Origin: Lachnospiraceae bacterium
Lineage (GTDB): Bacteria > Bacillota > Clostridia > Lachnospirales > Lachnospiraceae
DNA: 32,000 bases
Direction of reading: 5' to 3'
Assembly (NCBI GenBank): GCA_045576455.1
Contig: JAZNGM010000007.1
Span: 101,287 to 133,286, forward strand
How positions within the stretch are numbered: position 1 is the first letter of the stretch; each line of letters opens with the position of its first letter. Positions 1-7,118 of this stretch are shown one piece after another. Both the position numbers and the translations under genes were made by a program. The notes below the pieces were generated by a model. That model had not been told where the DNA came from and ran no database searches. It worked only from the letters and a program-made list of their open reading frames with translations.

Positions 1-2
1 TT

Positions 3-1115
3 ACGCTTAGCGTATATCCTGCATCTACCCCAATTTATATGGAACTTGCTAAGAATGGCTGTCTTGCATCCTTAATCCAGACCGGTGCCATTGTTAAAAC
101 AGCATTCTGTGGTCCTTGTTTCGGCGCAGGTGATACACCGGCTAATAATGCCTTCAGTATCCGTCATTCAACACGTAACTTCCCGAACCGTGAAGGTTCT
201 AAGTTACAGAACGGACAGATTGCATCTGTTGCACTTATGGATGCCCGTTCAATCGCAGCTACGGCGGCTAATAAGGGTTACCTTACACCGGCTACGGATG
301 TACCTGAAAAAATCGGCACATACAAATATTACTTTGATAAATCAATCTATGAAAACCGTGTATTTGATTCACACGGTGTGGCTGACCCGTCAGTGGAAGT
401 TAAGTTTGGTCCTAATATCAAGGACTGGCCTGCAATGTCAGCATTAACAGATAACCTTGTATTAAAAGTAGTATCTGAGATACATGATCCTGTAACAACA
501 ACGGATGAATTGATTCCTTCGGGAGAGACTTCATCTTTCCGTTCCAATCCGTTAGGACTTGCAGAGTTTACGCTTTCAAGAAAAGATCCTGCATATGTAG
601 GTCTTGCAAAAGAAGTACAGGGTGCTGAAAACGCAAGAAAAGAAGCAGGTGCTGATCCTATCGCTAAGCTTCCTGAGTTACAGCAGGTAATGGATGAGAT
701 TAAGAAAACGTTCCCTGAAACAGCTTTTGATAATACAGGAATCGGAAGTACGATTTTTGCAGTAAAACCGGGTGATGGTTCTGCACGTGAACAGGCAGCT
801 TCCTGTCAGAAAGTATTGGGCGGCTGGGCTAATATTGCTAACGAGTATGCTACCAAGAGATACCGTTCCAACCTTATTAACTGGGGTATGCTCCCATTCG
901 TTATTGAAAAGGGTGAGCTTCCGTTCAAGAATCTTGATTATGTATTTGTACCGGGAATCCGTAAAGCAGTAGAGGAGAAGGCAGCAACCATTAAAGCTTA
1001 CACAGTTGTACCTTCAAAGGGACTTACCGAGTTTACACTTGCATTGGGTGACCTTACAGATAAAGAACGTGAGATTATCTTAAAAGGATGTCTTATTAAT
1101 TATAACCGTGTATAA
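3..1115 (+). CDS. aconitate hydratase, C-terminal ~370 aa (5' end lies outside the window)
   Basis: Frame 3 is open from base 3 with no upstream stop. Fe-S ligand motif FCGPCFGAGD and TRNFPNREG (aconitase RNFxGR-type motif) are present. A hairpin terminator follows. Confidence 0.85.
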   Translation, partial: TLSVYPASTPIYMELAKNGCLASLIQTGAIVKTAFCGPCFGAGDTPANNAFSIRHSTRNFPNREGSKLQNGQIASVALMDARSIAATAANKGYLTPATDVPEKIGTYKYYFDKSIYENRVFDSHGVADPSVEVKFGPNIKDWPAMSALTDNLVLKVVSEIHDPVTTTDELIPSGETSSFRSNPLGLAEFTLSRKDPAYVGLAKEVQGAENARKEAGADPIAKLPELQQVMDEIKKTFPETAFDNTGIGSTIFAVKPGDGSAREQAASCQKVLGGWANIANEYATKRYRSNLINWGMLPFVIEKGELPFKNLDYVFVPGIRKAVEEKAATIKAYTVVPSKGLTEFTLALGDLTDKEREIILKGCLINYNRV

Positions 1116-1132
1116 AATTATGAATGTACTAT

Positions 1133-1166
1133 AAAAAGCGGGTGGCAATGTGCCATCCGCTTTTTG
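1133..1166 (+). terminator. rho-independent terminator after the aconitase gene
   Basis: AAAAAGCGGGTGGCA / TGCCATCCGCTTTTT stem (10 bp GC-rich core, one G-U pair), 3-nt loop, T-run. Confidence 0.8.
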
Positions 1167-1231
1167 AATTATCTTCATTTAGATTGAATGTTTACGAAAA
1201 AATGATAGTTTCTTAAGATTGCCTGTTTTGT

Positions 1232-1259
1232 CTAAAGTAAATGATGAATAACCCGATAT
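1232..1259 (+). promoter_or_regulatory. sigma-D / sigma-28 (FliA)-type promoter candidate
   Basis: cTAAAGTAA-N11-CCCGATAT. TAAA at 1233-1236, a 16-nt gap, then CCGATAT at 1253-1259. This matches TAAA-N15-GCCGATAT (B. subtilis sigma-D) and TAAAGTTT-N11-GCCGATAA (enteric sigma-28) apart from G->C at the first -10 position. Confidence 0.55.
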
Positions 1260-1296
1260 TGACTATAGATACTTTTGCAAAAGTAAGAAATTTAGC

Positions 1297-1324
1297 GGTC
1301 AAGATACATGGAGGTACTTGAACC
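1297..1324 (+). promoter_or_regulatory. leader hairpin with GGA in the loop (CsrA-binding-site-like)
   Basis: GGTCAAG / CTTG(A)ACC stem, 7 bp with one bulge. The 13-nt loop AUACAUGGAGGUA matches 10 of 12 positions of the CsrA SELEX consensus RUACARGGAUGU. Confidence 0.3.
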
Positions 1325-1346
1325 CTTAAAGAAAGGGGGTCAAGAC

Positions 1347-2447
1347 ATGATCATTCAATCAAGCAATCTTTCATTTAATGCAAACCGTAACTATGCACAG
1401 TCCATAACACGACGTGCTTCAGTCAGCCATTCTACAAGTATTTTTGTTGTCCCTAACGGAAAAAAGGAATTATCCGAGGTTCTTAAGGGGGAAGAAAAGG
1501 ACGCACTGTTAACACCGGTGGATGAAAAAGATAAGCAACAGGAAGACTTGTCCATGAACGATTCTTTATTTGGATTGCGTTCATCCAAAAGCTCACTCAT
1601 TACCTCTAAAGATTACAGGGATGCCATGGAAAACATCCGTAGAAGATGTATTGAATTTCTCATGAAAATATTTTACGGGAGGAAGTATGATGAAGGAAAC
1701 CCGCCCGCTGAGCAGGGCGAAGTAACCGAAGCAAGTCTTGTTAATCAGGAAAATGCAAACGGCGTATTAATGCAGCGGGTTTCGACGGAATCCGTGGTAG
1801 AGGTGTCTTATTATGAAGAAGAGACCACTTCTTTTGGTGCGTCGGGAACGGTTGTAAATGCGGATGGAACCACACTTTCCATAAACGTAGGGGTTACCAT
1901 GAGCAGGAGCCTTTCAACGTATATGAAAGAGCATAATCTCCTTGAGCAGTATACTTTTGTAGATCCGCTTGTTATTAATCTCAATACCAATATTGCGTCG
2001 TTAAGTGACCAGAAATTTGAATTTGATATTGATAATGACGGAATACTCGATACGATTTCTTCCCTTAATGAAGGAAGCGGATATCTGGCACTTGATAAAA
2101 ACGCGGATGGTGTTATTAATGACGGAACAGAATTGTTCGGCACGGATTCGGGAGATGGCTTTAAGGATTTGGCGGCATATGATGCAGACGGTAACGGATG
2201 GATAGACGAAGCCGATCCTATTTTTGAAAAGCTGCTTATATGGACCAAGGATGAATGCGGACAAGATAAGTTGTATCACCTTACGGAAAAAGGTGTGGGT
2301 GCCATATGTCTTTCAAATGCTTCGACTGATTTTTCATTAAAATCGGTAAAAGATAATGCGACAAACGGAGCAATCAGAAGTACCGGCATTTTCCTATATG
2401 AAAACGGAACAGCAGGCACGTTGCAGCATTTAGATATCGCAAAATAG
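1347..2447 (+). CDS. hypothetical protein with a flagellin-like N-terminal motif and EF-hand-like DxDxDG calcium-binding loops
   Basis: ATG 1347 is preceded by SD AAAGGGGG at 7-nt spacing, whereas the track start 1308 has no SD. N-terminus is MIIQSSNLSFNANRNY. Loops are DIDNDGILD, DKNADGVIND and DADGNGWIDEAD. No signal peptide or TM segment. Confidence 0.8.
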   Translation: MIIQSSNLSFNANRNYAQSITRRASVSHSTSIFVVPNGKKELSEVLKGEEKDALLTPVDEKDKQQEDLSMNDSLFGLRSSKSSLITSKDYRDAMENIRRRCIEFLMKIFYGRKYDEGNPPAEQGEVTEASLVNQENANGVLMQRVSTESVVEVSYYEEETTSFGASGTVVNADGTTLSINVGVTMSRSLSTYMKEHNLLEQYTFVDPLVINLNTNIASLSDQKFEFDIDNDGILDTISSLNEGSGYLALDKNADGVINDGTELFGTDSGDGFKDLAAYDADGNGWIDEADPIFEKLLIWTKDECGQDKLYHLTEKGVGAICLSNASTDFSLKSVKDNATNGAIRSTGIFLYENGTAGTLQHLDIAK

Positions 2448-2454
2448 GAATAAA

Positions 2455-2483
2455 TCATTTTTTTATGATATCCGGCATACTAT
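2455..2483 (+). promoter_or_regulatory. sigma-E-like sporulation promoter candidate for spoIID
   Basis: TCATTTT (2455-2461), a 14-nt spacer, then CATACTAT (2476-2483). This resembles the B. subtilis sigma-E consensus (-35 ..CATATT, -10 CATACA-T). spoIID is sigma-E dependent in B. subtilis. Confidence 0.4.
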
Positions 2484-2500
2484 GTGTATCGGAGGCATAC

Positions 2501-3469
2501 ATGAAAAAAGTACAGGTTCTTATTACGTGCGTTACTCTTTTGCTTATACCGTATCTTTTATTAAAAGCATCGGGATATATAGGCAACCAAAATGAACAGA
2601 ATGAAATACATAATAAACTAAAGGATACCGTATACTATGTTTTGAAAGAAGAAAGTTACGGTATCCGTTTTGTGTCAATGGAAGAGTATTTGGTAGGACT
2701 TACGGCAGCAAATGCTCCCATAAGCTATGCGGACGAGATGCTAAAAGCACAGATTGTACTTATGCGGTCTTCCATTGTCCGGCATGCGGATGAAGTTAGG
2801 CGTGAACCTTACGGAAATGAAAAATATGTATATGCAAAAGAGGAAGAATTAGGGCTTGCTTATTACGATGATAAGGATATGAAACGCTTATGGGGAGACA
2901 AATATGTCGAAAACTATAACCGGATTGCTACCCTTGTATCGGCGACCAAAGGCATCTATGTCTCATACGGAAATAAAGCGGTGGAAGCGGCTTTTTTCCC
3001 TTTGAGTGGGGGAAAAACACGAGGGGATGTAGAAGGGTGTGACTATTTATGTCCCGTGGTATGCGAAAATGATATATATGCAGATGAGTTTGTACACAGG
3101 ATTACATATGATTCGGCAGAATTTGCAGCAATATTCCGTAAAATATTAAAAATAGATATTTCTGATGAACAGGATATCTCATTTGAAGATTTTGAAGTGG
3201 TAAGCCGGGATGAAGGCGGATATGTTACCAAGGTAAGAGTGGGGGAATTTTATATTCCGGGAGAAGACATACGGCTTGCGCTTTTATTGCCGTCGGCCAA
3301 CTACGAATTGGAATTTACTTTAACCGGGGTAACCTTTATTGTATATGGTAAAGGGCATGGTTTTGGTATGTCGCAGTATGAGGCTAATGTAATGGCAATG
3401 AATGGTAGTGATTATCAGGATATAATCAATTACTTTTTTTATAATACAGTAATTAAAAAAATTGAATAA
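2501..3469 (+). CDS. spoIID: stage II sporulation protein D (SpoIID/LytB-domain lytic transglycosylase)
   Basis: ATG 2501 follows GGAGG. N-terminal TM segment. C-terminal GKGHGFGMSQYEA motif typical of the SpoIID family. Confidence 0.85.
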   Translation: MKKVQVLITCVTLLLIPYLLLKASGYIGNQNEQNEIHNKLKDTVYYVLKEESYGIRFVSMEEYLVGLTAANAPISYADEMLKAQIVLMRSSIVRHADEVRREPYGNEKYVYAKEEELGLAYYDDKDMKRLWGDKYVENYNRIATLVSATKGIYVSYGNKAVEAAFFPLSGGKTRGDVEGCDYLCPVVCENDIYADEFVHRITYDSAEFAAIFRKILKIDISDEQDISFEDFEVVSRDEGGYVTKVRVGEFYIPGEDIRLALLLPSANYELEFTLTGVTFIVYGKGHGFGMSQYEANVMAMNGSDYQDIINYFFYNTVIKKIE

Positions 3470-3545
3470 AACCGCTTATATAGGAAAGACTATCTCTAAA
3501 GCCAATTTAAACAGGCATTTATTGACACGAAAGGAGATAGGAACC

Positions 3546-4469
3546 ATGAGAAAACGTGGTAAAGGTGGTTTGAATAGAGAACAAATAATTATGCTTTCTG
3601 CCTCCGGATTTGTAATTATGGCATTAACATTGACCGGAGTATATGTAAGCAAAAAGGCAGACAATAATAAAGGCGATGGCTATAGTATTGATTTTGGGGC
3701 ATTGGAAAAAAACAATGAGGATGTTGAAGAGCAACCCAAGGATATTACGGATATGAATCCTGCCAGTACGGAGTCGACTGAGAATCCGGGACTTACATCC
3801 AATACAAAGGATACTAACATAATTATCCCTGAACAGACAGACTTAGATGCGGACCCGGATTTTGCGGAGATAGAGGACAGCGGTCTTTTGGCAGAGGGAC
3901 CTATTGTGAATGAAGAACCGGAAGGTAATCAAGAACAGGGGCCTGATGATGTGGCACAGATTGAACAGCCGGTTTCTGAGCCGGTTGAGAAACCGGTTGA
4001 AAAAGAGCCGGTAAATCAAGTCAGTGGTGGCGGTATAAAAGCAGAGACTTTAAGCTTTGGTTCAAACAGCACACTTAAATGGCCGATAGTTGGGAACGTG
4101 TTGTTAAATTACAGCATGGATAAAACCATCTACTTCCCAACGCTTGATTTATACAAATACAGTCCGGCAATCGTGATTGAAGCAGTGGAAGGTACACCGG
4201 TAACTGCGGCAACCAATGCCATTATTACGGACGTATATTACGATGAAGAAATCGGAAATGCGGTTAAAATGAACATCGGTAGCGGATATGAACTTATTTA
4301 CGGACAGCTTGATAAGATTGCCGTATCTAAGGGTGAAGGTATTAAGGCCGGAGAAATTGTAGGGTATGTTGCGGCTCCGACCAAATATTATTCCATCGAA
4401 GGAAGTAATGTTTATTTTGAACTCACAAAAGATGGAACACCTGTCAATCCGCTGAGTATATTAGAATAA
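3546..4469 (+). CDS. membrane-anchored M23/LytM-domain protein with degenerate metal ligands (SpoIIQ-position homolog)
   Basis: ATG 3546 follows AAGGAG. One TM segment, an acidic low-complexity linker (PVSEPVEKPVEKEPV), and a C-terminal LytM fold. The canonical His positions read GYELIYGQL and NVYFELT, so the HxH motif is lost. The gene sits directly downstream of spoIID, as spoIIQ does in clostridia. Confidence 0.75.
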   Translation: MRKRGKGGLNREQIIMLSASGFVIMALTLTGVYVSKKADNNKGDGYSIDFGALEKNNEDVEEQPKDITDMNPASTESTENPGLTSNTKDTNIIIPEQTDLDADPDFAEIEDSGLLAEGPIVNEEPEGNQEQGPDDVAQIEQPVSEPVEKPVEKEPVNQVSGGGIKAETLSFGSNSTLKWPIVGNVLLNYSMDKTIYFPTLDLYKYSPAIVIEAVEGTPVTAATNAIITDVYYDEEIGNAVKMNIGSGYELIYGQLDKIAVSKGEGIKAGEIVGYVAAPTKYYSIEGSNVYFELTKDGTPVNPLSILE

Positions 4470-4550
4470 AGTCGCAATCGGGATTATTTACACTAGTTTT
4501 TCCCCCTCACGAATAAGGTACGCGCTTTACTCGATTGCTTTATGATAAAC

Positions 4551-4582
4551 GGTCTTCCATACATTGTGTGGAAGACCATTTT
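4551..4582 (+). terminator. rho-independent terminator
   Basis: GGTCTTCCA / TGGAAGACC stem, 9-nt loop, followed by ATTTTC. Confidence 0.75.
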
Positions 4583-4680
4583 CATAATGATATATGCTTT
4601 ACTTAAAACCGGCATTCGTGGTATTATCTTACTGTATGTATAATACGTGATGACAGGTTTTATTTATGTGAGGAACTAAG

Positions 4681-5997
4681 ATGTTACGTGGCTTTAAATA
4701 TATAGTTCTGCTGGCAGTTACGGTTGTTTTTTTGACTGGTTGCGGACAGGAAAAGAAGGAAGAGGAATATGTGCAGGAAACTGTGGAAGAAGCCTTTCAG
4801 GGAATGTGCGGAACCGAGGCTAATATATGTTATGAGCCGGTAACGCAGAAACCCAACATATCCGTGAACATGATAGGCTATGAGTCGGACGAGAAGAAGA
4901 TGGCAATTTTTAAGACGGAAGGTCTTGCGCGGTATTTTTATCTGCTGGATGTTGATACGAACGAAACCGTATACCGCGGAATGATAGAAGAACCGGTATA
5001 TAACGTATTAATGAATGCCTATATCAGTACCGGTGATTTTTCTTCTGTTACAAAAGAAGGAAAGTACATAGTATATACAGATTTTATTGGGGAATCCTAT
5101 CCGTTTGAAATTAAGAATAAGGTTAAAAGCACACTTTTTACAACAGGCTTACAGGAATTTTGCATGAAAATAGATGAGTATATGAATACGCCTTATGTAA
5201 AAAACAGTTTTTTTAAAAAGGCAGAAATGCTTAACTATATGCTGCTCAGCTATTCCTTATATCCTAAATCATATGCAGACGGTGTGGTGACGGATAGTGC
5301 CAATGAAATACCGGATATTTTAGATGAAACAAAAAAAGTAATTGAATGGTGCCGTGAAATACAGACAAGCGGGATGAGTGCAAATGACAGAATGGCGTTT
5401 ATAGGCCTTCTTGCCAAGTTCAGCCAGGTGTATAAACCATATGATAATGCATATGCCAACACGTGCCGTAAAGATGCGGAAGAATTTTATAAGGAAGCGG
5501 TAAAATCCGGTGCGGAAAAAGCGGATACCCAGATAGCATATTATGCGTCCTCTGTGCTTTATCATCTTACCGGTTATGTAAAATACCGTTCGGCGCTGTA
5601 TGAAGTGATGGATAGTGAAAAGTATACACATGATAACTGGGATTATGCCTTCCTAGCGGAAATGAATTATCTGATCGGCAAAAAGAACGTGGATATCGAA
5701 CGTTGTAATGTTATTATGAGAAATCTGATGGCATATGCAGAGGAGATTACCAGTACGTCGGGTAACGATGCATTAGGCATTACTTCCTACAAACCGGAAA
5801 GTATACTCCGCAAGATGCGCTATCTGGTAATCGCCAATTATGTGCTGGAAAGTAATGAATATAGGGAAATACTTCGAAATCATTATACCTATTTGGCGGG
5901 TGTCAATGTGGCGGGGGAAAACAGCCTTAAAGCATTGCAGGAGAAAGACAAAGTATTATTTTTGTTTATGCTTGCAGACATGAATGAAAATATATAG
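4681..5997 (+). CDS. lipoprotein with a cellulase-N-terminal Ig-like (CelD_N-type) domain and a degenerate GH9-like alpha/alpha barrel
   Basis: Lipobox LTGC. The segment ISVNMIGYESDEKKMAIF...GDFSSVTKEGKYIVYTDFIGESYPFEI resembles the Ig-like domain that precedes GH9 catalytic domains. The helical remainder ends in a HYTYLAGVNVAGEN-like motif, but I see no DAGD-type catalytic motif. Confidence 0.7.
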   Translation: MLRGFKYIVLLAVTVVFLTGCGQEKKEEEYVQETVEEAFQGMCGTEANICYEPVTQKPNISVNMIGYESDEKKMAIFKTEGLARYFYLLDVDTNETVYRGMIEEPVYNVLMNAYISTGDFSSVTKEGKYIVYTDFIGESYPFEIKNKVKSTLFTTGLQEFCMKIDEYMNTPYVKNSFFKKAEMLNYMLLSYSLYPKSYADGVVTDSANEIPDILDETKKVIEWCREIQTSGMSANDRMAFIGLLAKFSQVYKPYDNAYANTCRKDAEEFYKEAVKSGAEKADTQIAYYASSVLYHLTGYVKYRSALYEVMDSEKYTHDNWDYAFLAEMNYLIGKKNVDIERCNVIMRNLMAYAEEITSTSGNDALGITSYKPESILRKMRYLVIANYVLESNEYREILRNHYTYLAGVNVAGENSLKALQEKDKVLFLFMLADMNENI

Positions 5998-6007
5998 TAA
6001 ACAGCAT

Positions 6008-6040
6008 ATATAGAATAGATATAGAAAAGATATAGAAAGA
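6008..6040. repeat. 11-bp tandem repeat x3 (ATATAGAAnAG) abutting the ddl SD
   Basis: atatagaatag / atatagaaaag / atatagaaaga, followed by AGGATAATAATG, which is the ddl SD and start codon. Confidence 0.7.
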
Positions 6041-6049
6041 AGGATAATA

Positions 6050-7081
6050 ATGAATATAGTAGTTTTGGCTGGTGGTGTCAGTACGGAAAGAGATGTATCA
6101 TTAAGCTCGGGAAAAATGATTTATAACGCTTTGAAAAAGAAGCATAACGTAATGTTACTGGATGTTTACTTTGGATATGAGGGCGAAGTTAACGAGGATA
6201 TTTTTTCTCCGGAAATAGATTATGCCAAGGACATTTGTGCAGTATCTGCAGAAAATCCTGATATAGAAGCCATTAAGGCGCTTAGAAAAGATAATTCCAA
6301 CGGCTTCTTCGGACCGAATGTAATAAAGATTTGCCAGATGGCGGATATCGTATTTTTGGGATTGCATGGTGAAAACGGCGAAAACGGTAAAGTGCAGGCA
6401 GCATTTGACTTATTGAATATTAAGTATACCGGTACGGATTATGTAAGTTCAGCTTTGTCCATGGATAAAGCACTGGCAAAAGAATTGTTTATGCAGAACA
6501 ATATACCGACGCCGGCAGGAATTAAGATTTCTTCAGTTTCTGAATGGAACGGACAGATTGAAGTGCCTTGCGTTGTAAAAACTACCTGTGGCGGTTCCAG
6601 CGTCGGGGTATATATATCACACAACGGGGATAAGACGAAGCAATATATTGAAGAAGCCTTTAAATACGGTGACGAAGTTGTTGTGGAGCAATATATTAAG
6701 GGAAGAGAGTTTTCCGTAGGCGTAGTTGACGGAAAAGCGTTACCGATTATAGAGATTGCCCCTTTGGAGGGATTCTATGACTATAAGAATAAATACCAGG
6801 AAGGCAGTGCGATAGAAACCTGTCCGGCAGAATTACCGGAAGAAGTTACACTTAAAATGCAGCGTTGTGCCGAAAAGGTATATGAAGTTTTACGTCTCAA
6901 GGTGTATACGAGAATCGATTTCATGATGGATGAAGACTATAACATATATTGTCTGGAAGCCAATACCCTTCCGGGATTTACACCGACCTCCCTTCTGCCG
7001 CAGGAAGCAGCAGCAATCGGAAAATCCTATGAAGAATTATGTGAGTGGATTATTCAGTTATCCCTTGAAAAGGATATATAA
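6050..7081 (+). CDS. ddl: D-alanine--D-alanine ligase
   Basis: ATP-grasp protein with LHGENGENG, the GFYDYKNKY omega-loop and NTLPGFT motifs. SD is AAGAAGGA. Confidence 0.95.
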   Translation: MNIVVLAGGVSTERDVSLSSGKMIYNALKKKHNVMLLDVYFGYEGEVNEDIFSPEIDYAKDICAVSAENPDIEAIKALRKDNSNGFFGPNVIKICQMADIVFLGLHGENGENGKVQAAFDLLNIKYTGTDYVSSALSMDKALAKELFMQNNIPTPAGIKISSVSEWNGQIEVPCVVKTTCGGSSVGVYISHNGDKTKQYIEEAFKYGDEVVVEQYIKGREFSVGVVDGKALPIIEIAPLEGFYDYKNKYQEGSAIETCPAELPEEVTLKMQRCAEKVYEVLRLKVYTRIDFMMDEDYNIYCLEANTLPGFTPTSLLPQEAAAIGKSYEELCEWIIQLSLEKDI

Positions 7082-7118
7082 ATCAGATGCAATAAATTGC
7101 TCAGGAATGAGGAGTAGT

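Noticed and set aside
1308-1346. Upstream ATG at 1308 as the start of the EF-hand-like protein
   Set aside because: It has no SD and lies in the loop of the leader hairpin. ATG 1347 has AAAGGGGG at optimal spacing.
4470-4550. Untranslated ~80 nt with a C-rich run (UUUUUCCCCCUCAC) and GCAATCG/CGATTGC long-range complementarity, considered as a small RNA
   Set aside because: It has no independent promoter and is contiguous with the M23 gene transcript up to the terminator, so a 3' UTR is the simpler reading. I cannot test conservation from this window.
4542-4643. 33-aa hydrophobic ORF (MINGLPYIVWKTIFIMIYALLKTGIRGIILLYV) in the spacer between the M23 gene and the lipoprotein gene
   Set aside because: It has no SD, it spans the terminator hairpin 4551-4577, and it runs through the downstream promoter region. 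It is most likely a chance ORF.
6930-7118. Long 5' extension of murF overlapping the end of ddl
   Set aside because: It lies in a different frame inside ddl, its residues are not Mur-ligase-like, and a good SD (GAGGAG) precedes ATG 7119.
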